This document shows positions 1 to 9,472 of a stretch of 32,000 nt of DNA, one piece after another; positions within the stretch are counted from its first letter, which is position 1, and the number at the start of each line of letters is the position of its first letter. Source of the DNA: Caldimicrobium thiodismutans (GTDB lineage Bacteria > Desulfobacterota > Thermodesulfobacteria > Thermodesulfobacteriales > Thermodesulfobacteriaceae); contig NZ_AP014945.1 of the NCBI RefSeq assembly GCF_001548275.1, forward strand, positions 990,001-1,022,000, in the 5' to 3' direction. Below the pieces are notes generated by a model. The model saw nothing but the letters and a program-made list of their open reading frames with translations. It did no database searches and was not told the origin of the DNA. Both the position numbers and the translations under genes were made by a program.

Positions 1-10
1 CAATCCTCCT

Positions 11-2101
11 TTAGACAAGCTTTAATGCATCCTTTACAGAAATAACACCTACTACTCTCTGATCTCTTACAACAGGAAGGTGTCTTATCTTGTTATCAAT
101 AAATTTTTCCAGAGCCTCTTTCAAACTGCTCTCAGGAGTGACAGTAACGACATTTTTAATCATAAACTCTATAACTGGTTTATTCCTATTTCCTTCCTCA
201 CAACAAAGAATAGCCATCAAATCCTTTTCTGAAATAACCCCGGATAATTTACCAGTATCTGCATTAACAACCGGGATAAAACCTACATTTTTCTCCACCA
301 TTAGTTTAGTAACCTCAATTATAGGTGTATTATCTTTCACAGTAATAGCAGGAGTCATAAACTCTTCAACGCGAATGCGCTCTGTAAAGGGCTTTTTAAC
401 TCCGGCTGAGATAAGGGCAACCTCATTAAAGACATAACGGGGGTCAATATATCCGACGATTCTCTTATTTTGATCCACAACTGCAATACCCTTAACTCCA
501 TACTGCTGAATTAGAACAATAGCATCAATTATTCTTGCGGAAGCATAGACTTCATCTACATCAACTACAACCTCTTTAAGTGGGGTGTTAATTGTTGCTC
601 CGGTAACGAGGGCCTTAAGAAGAGATCTTTCTTCAACAATACCAAGGTATCTTCCTGTTTCAGTTCCATTATCAGTGACAATCGCTATTCTCTGACCTTC
701 AATCTGAAGTCTTTTCATAGCCTCACCAATACTCATAGTTCCAGCTAAGATAAGGGCCTTATGAGCAAACTTTCCAGCTGAAAGCTCTTCCCAGAGTCTT
801 TCTCCTTTAGTCTCCCAGCCTTTAAAGAGATAAAGGAGCCCCATTATCATAGGAATTATAGTTGCCCAAATAATTACAGATAGATAATGATTTCCAGTTA
901 TTTTTAAAAGAAGGGTAATCATAAAGGGGGTCAAACCGCCAAAGACTCCATACCCCATGTTATAAGTAAATCCAATAGCAGTTGTTCTAACCTTAGCAGG
1001 AAATAGCTCAAGAAGCATAGCTGACATGGCTCCACTATAACCGATACCATTCATAAATGTGCCTGCAGCAACCAATAAAAAGAGCATGGTTTTATCAGGA
1101 GGATTGGCATAACCCTGCATCAAATAAAAAGTCAGGGGGAAAATTAGGGCATTACCATAGATCCCAAGGAGAAGGATGGGCTTTCTTCCAATTTTATCTG
1201 AGACCCATCCAAAGAAAAGATAAGTCCAGAGCACCACATAGGTTGCATAAGCTAACAAATCTTTGGTTAATTTTTTATCTACTCCTAAATCTCCTAAATA
1301 AAAGCTAACATAAAGTTGGTTAGTATACCAGATAGGACCATGGGCTCCAATCACACCAATCCAGGCAAGAATAAAGAGCCAGAGGTAGTGTTTATTAGTG
1401 AAAAGTTCTTTAATTGGGGCACTGGTAACCCTTCTAATCTGCTTAAGAGCTGTAAAAACCGGGGTCTCTTTATAAAGATAGTGAATAATGAGGGCTACGA
1501 CAAAAACTACTACACCGGCAATTACAAAGCACCATCTCCACCCTGTAGCCTCAAAAGCCTCTGTTCCAAAATAACCCTGAAGGGCTGAAGCAATATTTGC
1601 AGCAAGTGCCATACCAAAGGCAGGAGTTGTAAAAAGAAAGCCTGTGATGAGCCCTCTTCTGTGATCCGGTGTAAATTCCCCGAGGTAGGTAATAGCAGCT
1701 CCATATCCACCTCCTAAGGCAAGCCCCTGAATAATTCTAAGAATAAAAACTCCAATAGAGGCAAAAATTCCCAAGGTTTCATAACCTGGCAAAAGAGCAA
1801 TCCCAATAGTCCCAACCATCATCATGGAGATAGCTGTTAAAAAGGCAATTTTTCTACCATACTGGTCTCCGATCTTACCAAACATAAGAGCACCAACGGG
1901 TCTAAATAAAAAACCTATAGCTAAAGCTGCAAAGGAAGCCAATAAACTTGCCAAAGGGTCATGACTGGGAAAATAAACTTTGGCAAGGGTTTTAGCAAGA
2001 ATGGCATAGACATAAAAATCCAGCCATTCAAGCAAAGCGCCTGTCCAAGAGACAATGGCAACAGGCAAAACCTCTTTAAACTGAACGCGCTCTTGTTCCA
2101 T
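11..2101 (-). CDS. MFS transporter (metabolite:H+ symporter / ProP-like subfamily) fused to four C-terminal CBS domains
   Basis: 696-aa ORF with SD GGGAGGTGG just upstream of the ATG. The N-terminal ~430 aa are polytopic with MHS-type motifs (LEWLDFYVYA, FRPVGALMFGKIGDQYGRK, RIIQGLALGGGYGAA). The C-terminal ~255 aa form four CBS-like repeats (e.g. GIAVVDQNKRIVGYID, GFIPVVNADTGKLSGVISEKDL, HLPVVRDQRVVGVISVKDAL). Confidence 0.85.
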   Translation of the reverse strand: MEQERVQFKEVLPVAIVSWTGALLEWLDFYVYAILAKTLAKVYFPSHDPLASLLASFAALAIGFLFRPVGALMFGKIGDQYGRKIAFLTAISMMMVGTIGIALLPGYETLGIFASIGVFILRIIQGLALGGGYGAAITYLGEFTPDHRRGLITGFLFTTPAFGMALAANIASALQGYFGTEAFEATGWRWCFVIAGVVVFVVALIIHYLYKETPVFTALKQIRRVTSAPIKELFTNKHYLWLFILAWIGVIGAHGPIWYTNQLYVSFYLGDLGVDKKLTKDLLAYATYVVLWTYLFFGWVSDKIGRKPILLLGIYGNALIFPLTFYLMQGYANPPDKTMLFLLVAAGTFMNGIGYSGAMSAMLLELFPAKVRTTAIGFTYNMGYGVFGGLTPFMITLLLKITGNHYLSVIIWATIIPMIMGLLYLFKGWETKGERLWEELSAGKFAHKALILAGTMSIGEAMKRLQIEGQRIAIVTDNGTETGRYLGIVEERSLLKALVTGATINTPLKEVVVDVDEVYASARIIDAIVLIQQYGVKGIAVVDQNKRIVGYIDPRYVFNEVALISAGVKKPFTERIRVEEFMTPAITVKDNTPIIEVTKLMVEKNVGFIPVVNADTGKLSGVISEKDLMAILCCEEGNRNKPVIEFMIKNVVTVTPESSLKEALEKFIDNKIRHLPVVRDQRVVGVISVKDALKLV

Positions 2102-2179
2102 AAGCCACCTCCCATTTAAATTATTATCAACTCTATAACATAAAAACTAAAAAGTTAAAATAAATTGGAGAAAATTTTC

Positions 2180-2215
2180 ACAAAATGAAGAGACCCTCCT
2201 GAGCCTTAGGGTCTC
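2180..2215 (-). terminator. Putative rho-independent terminator downstream of engB
   Basis: 8-bp GC-rich stem GAGACCCT/AGGGTCTC (2190-2197 / 2208-2215) with a 10-nt loop. On the minus strand it is followed by UUCAUUUUGUG and lies about 15 nt after the engB stop. Confidence 0.5.
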
Positions 2216-2229
2216 AAAAAATTAATTTT

Positions 2230-2811
2230 TTATGTCTTAAAGATATGAAGAATAAATCTTTTTAGGGCCTCAAATCCTCTTTTTTCTTTACAAGATAAAG
2301 GAAAAATAATTTTCTCAGGAAGGGATAATTCTTTGAGATAAATATTCTTTTGAGCCTCCAGCTCTCCCTTTGAAAGGGTATCTATTTTGTTGAGAACAAC
2401 TATAAAGGGTTTATTCAAGGCCTTAATAAATTTGATAAGTGCTCTATCCAGAGGGTCTGGTTTTCTACGAATATCAAAAATAAGAATAAGCAGTCTGAAA
2501 TCCCTTATGCTCTGTAAATATCCTTCGATAAGCTTTTGCCAGTTAAGATAGACTTCTTTAGAGACTTTGGCAAAGCCATAACCAGGAAGATCAACCATAA
2601 GAAACCTTCCATCTATTAGAAAAAAATTTAGAGCCTGTGTAAAACCAGGTGTTGAGGAGACTCTGGCTAATTTACGGGTATTGAATAGGGCATTTATGAA
2701 CGAAGACTTTCCCGCATTGGATCTTCCAAGAATAACAATTTCTGGGTATTCTGGGGGAGGTAAATCTTCCAGTTTATAAACACTTTTAACAAATTCAGCC
2801 CTTTTAAACAT
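2230..2811 (-). CDS. engB: Ribosome-biogenesis GTPase EngB/YsxC/YihA
   Basis: 193 aa. G1 motif GRSNAGKSSFINAL, G3 DLPGYG, G4 NKID. The spacing of the N-terminal ~25 aa before G1 is typical of EngB. Confidence 0.9.
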   Translation of the reverse strand: MFKRAEFVKSVYKLEDLPPPEYPEIVILGRSNAGKSSFINALFNTRKLARVSSTPGFTQALNFFLIDGRFLMVDLPGYGFAKVSKEVYLNWQKLIEGYLQSIRDFRLLILIFDIRRKPDPLDRALIKFIKALNKPFIVVLNKIDTLSKGELEAQKNIYLKELSLPEKIIFPLSCKEKRGFEALKRFILHIFKT

Positions 2812-2819
2812 TGCTAAGA

Positions 2820-3210
2820 AAAGCAGGGGTTTAAGTAAGCCGGGTTCTGTTCTGAGGATGGGTTTTCCTCAGGGCGGTTATTTCTCTTGAGCCAAGGTTA
2901 CCCTTGGCTTCAAGCGGCCTACCTGAGCCCATTTGGGCGGGGCACCCTTAGGCTCCCTTTGGCCTTGCTCCGGATGGGGGTTACCGTGCCAGGCTGAGTT
3001 ACCTCAGCCTGCGGTGGGCTCTTACCCCACCTTTTCACCCTTGCTCGCACCCTGCCTCATTCAAGACAGGGCCGCTTGCGGTCTCTTTTCTGTGGCCCTT
3101 TCCAGGGATTACTCCCTCCGGGTATTACCCGGCATCCTCCCCTCTGGAGCCCGGACTTTCCTCACAGGAAGCACTCCTTCCTGCGCAACCGCCTCTTAAA
3201 CCCCTGCCTT
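2820..3210 (-). ncRNA. rnpB: RNase P RNA, bacterial type A
   Basis: The reverse complement contains the universal P4 strands GAGGAAAGUCCGGGCUCC (3146-3163) and ACAGAACCCGGCUUA (2836-2850). P1 is formed by GCAGGGGUUUAAG (3207-3195) pairing with CUUAAACCCCUGC (2835-2823). Other type-A landmarks are present (GGUAAGAGCCCACC, GGUAACCCCCAUCCGGAGCAAGGCCAAA). Length is ~390 nt and the region is markedly GC-rich relative to its flanks. Confidence 0.92.
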
Positions 3211-3215
3211 TCTTA

Positions 3216-3243
3216 AATTTAAAAGCTTCTTTTCCCTTTTCAA
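3216..3243 (-). promoter_or_regulatory. Candidate sigma70-type promoter for rnpB
   Basis: Minus strand: -35 TTGAAA (3243-3238), 16-nt spacer, -10 TAAATT (3221-3216). The predicted start is ~7-8 nt downstream, which coincides with the P1 5' end of rnpB. Motif match only. Confidence 0.35.
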
Positions 3244-3249
3244 GAGGTT

Positions 3250-3474
3250 ACATGCGTCCATATCTTTTAAGACTTAAATCTGCCTCTTTTGAAAGATAAA
3301 GAGGATTCACCCCTCTTATCCCATTTTACAGATGGGGCAAGCCTATGTGTTTGCCCGTTATGTGTCCCTTTACATTATTGAGGCAGACACGCAGGTCCGC
3401 CCCTACTCTCACCTCTCACTTTTTAACCTTTTTCCACCCCTCTTTTTTCTTATAAGGATATGAACCTATGCGGC
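3250..3474 (-). repeat. Intergenic repeat family, copy 1 (longest, with nested GC-rich hairpin cassette)
   Basis: Shares its left end ATGCGTCCATATCTTTTAAGA and right end CTCACCT...TTTTTCCACCCCTCTTTTTTCTTATAAGGATATGAACCTATGCGGC with the copies at 11821-11976 and 22731-22838. It ends 5 nt from the stop codon of the 3480 ORF. Confidence 0.8.
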
Positions 3475-3479
3475 CCCTG

Positions 3480-3836
3480 TTAAGCCCGATTTTCAGCATC
3501 TATAGGGTTTCTACCCTTTTGTGCTAAGGTATAACCTGCAAGAGCTCCACCAAGCAAAAAGGCACAAGCAGTCGTAATTACTGCACCAAGCATACTCACT
3601 GCAGTAAAGACCCTTGCTACCACACCGAGACTACCAGGACCAGCAATTAACTCTGCAAGCCTTAAACCTACATATCCTCCCATCATAGCACTTGGAAAAA
3701 ACCCAAGAAGCACAAACAAAATCAAACCTGCCCCTGTCCCAATGTAAACAGCCTTCTTGGAATTGATCTTTGCTAACATAATCCCACCTCCCCTTTTATT
3801 TTTTAATCCTTGTTCCCTCTCATTCAACCCTTTCAT
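3480..3836 (-). CDS. Small glycine/alanine-rich integral membrane protein, unknown function
   Basis: The ORF has two SD-preceded in-frame ATGs: 3836 (GAGGAGGAG, 6 nt, ATG) and 3779 (GGGGAGGTGGG, ATT, ATG). The body has 3 predicted TM segments (VYIGTGAGLILFVLLGFF, VFTAVSMLGAVITTACAFLLGGALAG). I recognised no family. The ORF-track start at 3884 lies upstream of the predicted promoter, so I rejected it. Confidence 0.55.
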   Translation of the reverse strand: MKGLNEREQGLKNKRGGGIMLAKINSKKAVYIGTGAGLILFVLLGFFPSAMMGGYVGLRLAELIAGPGSLGVVARVFTAVSMLGAVITTACAFLLGGALAGYTLAQKGRNPIDAENRA

Positions 3837-3867
3837 CTCTTTCTCCTCCTCTTCTTTCTGTATAAAG

Positions 3868-3896
3868 ATTATATCAAAAAACATGCCTGATTCTAA
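3868..3896 (-). promoter_or_regulatory. Candidate extended -10 promoter for the small membrane protein gene
   Basis: Minus strand: -35 TTAGAA (3896-3891), 17-nt spacer ending in TGA, -10 TATAAT (3873-3868), i.e. a TGnTATAAT extended -10. Confidence 0.45.
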
Positions 3897-4014
3897 AAAA
3901 GGATTTTACTAAGTCCGGAGAAATATTTTTGGCAGGATTGCAAAAAATGAACTCAAATTAAAAGTTTTTTTTTCGCTTTTGCAAAAATTTCTATCAAAGA
4001 GAGAGGCTCTTAAC

Positions 4015-6360
4015 TTAAATATAGATTTTTAAAATTCTAAAGACCTCTAAGGGATTTGCTATTCCTTGGATCCCTCTTAAAAATTTTAGAATAGAGAAGC
4101 CCCCCTTTAGGGGTATTATCTGGATTAGATTTTTATCCCTTAGTTCTTCAATTTTTACTGTAGAGGCATCCTCCTTTAATGGTTCAAAATTTAGATTTTT
4201 TTTGAGTTCAAGCAAATAAGTTACTCCTCTTTCTGGTATTAAAGGTTTAGAAAAACCTTTTCCTTTAACTTTTACAATTTTAAGCCCCCTGTAAATTTCT
4301 CTTCCCAAAAGAAGTTTTTCATCAAAATCTTCCCTGAAGGCTATACCGAGAAATTCTCCTTCCACCTCAATTCCAACAGAAGTTGCCTCGCTACAAACAA
4401 ATTTAGGCCTTGGATTAAACCCCTGGGTATAGGCAAGGGAAAAACCCTCTCTTCTCAAATATAACTCAAAGAGCCTCAAGACCTCAAGCTGGGAAAGGAA
4501 TTTGGCAGGCCCCTTTTTATCAAAATATATCTCATACCAGACCTCCTTTTGTAGAGATAAAGTTTTTAGAGATTTTTTGATCCCTTTATCCTGGCTTTCT
4601 TCTACCTGAGACTCTCTGGCAAGATAGTTTTTGATTTTACCTTTACAGACCCCGCATTTTACACAGGGTTCAAACCGGCAATCTGAGGTATATTTACCCT
4701 CGTAAGCCCTTTTTCTCTCTTTTAAAAGGAATTCTTTTTTAACCCCCAGATCTATGTGCTCCCAGGGAAGAGGCTTTAGAGGATCTCTTTCAGATAGATA
4801 ATCTCTAAGCTCAAGTCCAAGCTCTCTTGCCGTTTCTTCCCAGAGAGTATAATCAAAAAACTCTTTCCAGGAATCAAGACGGGCACCCTTTTTATAGACT
4901 GATTGGAGATAGGAGAAGAGTTCTTGCCCGGATCTGGCTATAACCCCCTCAAGTAGACTCTGTTTGGGATTATGGGCTTTAAATTTATCTCTTAGTTTAT
5001 CCTTAAGAACTTTTACCTTTGCAAAGGCTTCCTCTAAGGTGATTTGTCTTTCCCATTGAAAAGGAGTATGAGGCTTAGGGATAAAAATTGAGGCTGAAAA
5101 AAGTATTTCTCCCCCTTTGAAACTTTTTTTAAGCTCGGAATAAAGCTTTGTCATTTCCCAGAGATCTTCTTCAGTTTCCGTAGGAAGCCCGAGCATAAAG
5201 TAAAGCTTTAATCTTTTAAAACCATGTATTTTAGCAAGCTCCACATCCCTGAAGAGGGCATCCATATCAATGTTTTTATTGATAACCCTTCTCAATCTCT
5301 CTGAGGCTGCTTCAACTGCTATGGTTAAAGTGCTTGTCCTCCCTTTTTTAAGAAAATTTAGTATCTTAGGAGTTAAACTTCCCACTCTCAAGGAGGGCAA
5401 ACTAAAGACAAATTCCTTAAATTCAGAAGAATAAAATTCCTTTTCTAATAGATCTACGAGTTCTTCAAGACAGGAGTAATCCCCCGCAGAGAGAGACATA
5501 AGAGAGGCCTCACGATAGCCTGTTAAGTTAAAGGCCCTTTTAGCCTCCTCAAGGATCTCCTGAGGGGATTTTTCTCTTACAGGTCTATAATAAAAACCTG
5601 CCTCACAGAAACGGCAGGATCGTGTGCATCCCCTTGAAATCTCTAAGGATACTCGGTCATGGGCAAGAGGAATCACAGGAATGGAATAGTGCATAGGCAG
5701 AGAGCCCTTAGGAATAAAGAGTCTTCTTTTTACCTTATTTTTCAGTAAGGGAACATAAAGGCCTTCTATTTTTGTTAATTCCACATAAAGCTCACTCTTG
5801 ATTAAAGAACCTGTTTTCCAGTTCTCAAGGAGCTTGAGAACCTCAAGAATAACCTCTTCAGCATCACCAATCACTATGACATCAAAGAGCTCAGCTATGG
5901 GTTCGGGATTTCCACAGCAAGGGCCTCCTCCTATAATCAAAGGGTAACCTTTTTCTCTTTCTTCAGCTTTAAATGGAATTCCTGAAAGTTCAAGGATCTG
6001 AAAAAGATTAGTAACAAGGAGTTCATAGGGATAACTTATACCCAAAACATCAAATTCCCTAAGGGGCCTTTTATAATTGAGGCTAAGAAGAGGAATATTT
6101 CTCTCCTTCAGGGCTTTTTCCATATCCGGGTATACCGCAAAAACAAAATCACAAAGATACCTATCAGAGGCATTAATAATTCCAGCCAAAATATTTATTC
6201 CAAGGTGAGATCTGCCAACTTCGTATAGATCAGGATATCCAAGACAGACTTTAAGATCAGCCCTTTCCCAATCTTTATAGGGAAAATGAGGTTCCCTTCC
6301 TAAGTAGCGGGAGGGCTTTTGAAGGGTGATTAAAATCTCCTCTGGATAATCTTTTATCAT
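4015..6360 (-). CDS. Radical SAM protein with B12-binding-like N-domain fused to a DUF2344-type C-terminal domain (TIGR03960 + TIGR03936 architecture)
   Basis: 781 aa. CX3CX2C cluster motif in SRGCTRSCRFCEAG. An N-terminal Rossmann-like region precedes it. The C-terminal ~200 aa (VWYEIYFDKKGPAKFLSQLEVLRLFELYLRREGFSLAYTQGFNPRPK) match the 'radical SAM-linked' DUF2344 pattern. Confidence 0.85.
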   Translation of the reverse strand: MIKDYPEEILITLQKPSRYLGREPHFPYKDWERADLKVCLGYPDLYEVGRSHLGINILAGIINASDRYLCDFVFAVYPDMEKALKERNIPLLSLNYKRPLREFDVLGISYPYELLVTNLFQILELSGIPFKAEEREKGYPLIIGGGPCCGNPEPIAELFDVIVIGDAEEVILEVLKLLENWKTGSLIKSELYVELTKIEGLYVPLLKNKVKRRLFIPKGSLPMHYSIPVIPLAHDRVSLEISRGCTRSCRFCEAGFYYRPVREKSPQEILEEAKRAFNLTGYREASLMSLSAGDYSCLEELVDLLEKEFYSSEFKEFVFSLPSLRVGSLTPKILNFLKKGRTSTLTIAVEAASERLRRVINKNIDMDALFRDVELAKIHGFKRLKLYFMLGLPTETEEDLWEMTKLYSELKKSFKGGEILFSASIFIPKPHTPFQWERQITLEEAFAKVKVLKDKLRDKFKAHNPKQSLLEGVIARSGQELFSYLQSVYKKGARLDSWKEFFDYTLWEETARELGLELRDYLSERDPLKPLPWEHIDLGVKKEFLLKERKRAYEGKYTSDCRFEPCVKCGVCKGKIKNYLARESQVEESQDKGIKKSLKTLSLQKEVWYEIYFDKKGPAKFLSQLEVLRLFELYLRREGFSLAYTQGFNPRPKFVCSEATSVGIEVEGEFLGIAFREDFDEKLLLGREIYRGLKIVKVKGKGFSKPLIPERGVTYLLELKKNLNFEPLKEDASTVKIEELRDKNLIQIIPLKGGFSILKFLRGIQGIANPLEVFRILKIYI

Positions 6361-6377
6361 CCATTAAATTTTAATAC

Positions 6378-7085
6378 ATGTTTTATTATTTAGGAGTAGA
6401 TTTGGGGGGCGGTAGTAATACCTGGGCAGTGGCTTTAAAAAAGCTACCCAAAAGGGGGCTCCTTCTTGAAAATGTCCTTTCCTTTAATGAGACAGAGCTA
6501 AAAAATGTCACATCTGAAGAAATTTTTGCCTTTGTAAAAAATAACAGGGTTCTTGCCCTTTCTATAGATGCCCCTCTAAGTTTTTCTCTCAAAGTTGAGA
6601 AAGGGTTTCGTTTAGCAGATCTCGCCTTAAGAAACCTTCTTCCAGGTCCCTATAGAAAATGGGTTCTTTCTTACCATACCCTTATGGGAATCCCATTAAG
6701 AGGATTGCTTCTTGCTCAAAAGCTAAGCCCCTATTGTGGCACTATTCTTGAGACCCATCCCCGGGCAAGCTTCTACTTTCTTCTTCCTGAGGAAAAAAGA
6801 TATCTTGCCAGTAAATATAAAAAAGAGGGACTTTTCCCCGAGGAAACAGATTTTCTTATAAACTATTTTGAAAAGCACTTTTTTATTAAACTCCCCAAGA
6901 TGGTCTTTGATAAAGCAGATTTTTTAGATGCCTTTATCTGTTCTTTAACTTCCTATATTTATGTAAAAGCTCCAGAAAAACTCCTTTTCTTACCACAAGA
7001 AGAAGATTTAACAGGATTTGGTCCTTTTGTGATTTACTTTAAAAAAAGAAAAGTCGCATTAAAATTAGAAAAAAATTTGAGGTGA
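6378..7085 (+). CDS. DUF429-like protein (predicted RNase H-fold)
   Basis: 235 aa. N-terminal YLGVDLGGG, LSIDAPLSF, ETHPRASF and DFLDAFICSLTSY resemble the DUF429 pattern. There is no SD, and the ATG lies only 17 bp from the divergent radical SAM start. Confidence 0.55.
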   Translation: MFYYLGVDLGGGSNTWAVALKKLPKRGLLLENVLSFNETELKNVTSEEIFAFVKNNRVLALSIDAPLSFSLKVEKGFRLADLALRNLLPGPYRKWVLSYHTLMGIPLRGLLLAQKLSPYCGTILETHPRASFYFLLPEEKRYLASKYKKEGLFPEETDFLINYFEKHFFIKLPKMVFDKADFLDAFICSLTSYIYVKAPEKLLFLPQEEDLTGFGPFVIYFKKRKVALKLEKNLR

Positions 7086-8727
<1,642 letters not shown>

Positions 8728-8737
<10 letters not shown>

Positions 8738-8973
8738 GTTCTTTCCCCCTCTTTAAACAAATATTTCTTTAAACATTTATCGGAACAAAAAAAAAGCTCT
8801 TGAGAGCCTTTTTTTAATATCTTTCCCTGGTTCTGTGGAAAAAAAATTCCACAAGAAAGGCAAGCACACATCTCCATTTGGCGACTTTTTTGCTCCTGTT
8901 TAGCTTTAACCCGTTTCTTTTTATAATACCAAAAAACTCCTAAAAGGAGAAGTATCAAAATTAAATATTTCAT
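8728..8973 (-). CDS. Small membrane-anchored Cys-rich (zinc-ribbon-like) protein, PP0621-like
   Basis: 81 aa. N-terminal TM helix (YLILILLLLGVFWYY), a basic linker, then CACLSCG...FFCSDKCLKKY. The start is translationally coupled (ATGA overlap with the folK stop), and the 3' end overlaps the SLT start. Confidence 0.55.
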
Positions 8974-9401
8974 ATTTTAAGCTCCTCAGTTAGGGCTTTT
9001 ATTCCCTGTTTCAGGTATTCTTTCTCTCTCTCCTGCTTTATCTCACAAAGTTTTTTCCCGGTGACTGGTTCTCTTAGATCTGGCTCTATCTCCAAAGTGG
9101 GGATAACTACAAAAGCTCTCTCAAGGGCTCTGGGATGAGGAATTTTAAGGATGGCACTGCTAAAGCGCAGATCTTCATAAAAAACAATATCAAGGTCTAT
9201 GGGTCTATCGGAAAGACAAAGATCTTTCTTTCTTCCCATTTTAAACTCAATCTTTTTGAGTTCTAAAAAAAGGGCAAGGGGTGAGAGAAAAGTTCTTATC
9301 TTGACCACAAGATTATAAAAATAATTTTTGCTTTCAAAATAAAGAGGTCTTGTCTCATAAATCTTAGAGAGTTTTTCAATCTGAGCAGGAAGTTCTTGCA
9401 A
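8970..9401 (-). CDS. folK: 2-amino-4-hydroxy-6-hydroxymethyldihydropterin pyrophosphokinase (HPPK). The coordinates give the minimal ORF; the true start is probably further upstream.
   Basis: HPPK motifs are present: RPIDLDIVFYEDL and LKIPHPRALERAFVVIPL. The conserved N-terminal strand VYLSLGSNLGNRRENL is encoded in frame at 9467-9420. That is upstream of the only canonical start (TTG 9401). See the findings. Confidence 0.8.
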   Translation of the reverse strand: MQELPAQIEKLSKIYETRPLYFESKNYFYNLVVKIRTFLSPLALFLELKKIEFKMGRKKDLCLSDRPIDLDIVFYEDLRFSSAILKIPHPRALERAFVVIPTLEIEPDLREPVTGKKLCEIKQEREKEYLKQGIKALTEELKI

Positions 9402-9472
9402 GAGTTTGATAGCCCTTTCAAGATTTTCTCTACGATTACCAAGATTACTTCCCAGGGAAAGATAAACCCTTT

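Noticed and set aside
2216-2229. AT-only palindromes AAAAAATTAATTTTTT (2216-2229, after engB) and AAAAATTAATTTTT (21220-21233, after the CsgG-like gene), each directly after a stop codon
   Set aside because: These are pure A/T palindromes with negligible hairpin stability, which are expected by chance in AT-rich spacers. Two occurrences are not enough to call a motif.
2933-3199. 88-aa plus-strand ORF (MGGAPLGSLWPCSGWGLPCQ...) in the ORF track
   Set aside because: It lies entirely inside, and antisense to, the RNase P RNA gene. Its Gly/Pro/Ala/Leu-rich translation is what a GC-rich structural RNA produces. It has no SD.
3930-3942. Sigma-54-like motif TGGCAGGATTGCA
   Set aside because: The GG-to-GC spacing is 7 nt instead of the required 10. 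It is on the plus strand, where no gene follows. No enhancer-binding-protein gene is nearby.
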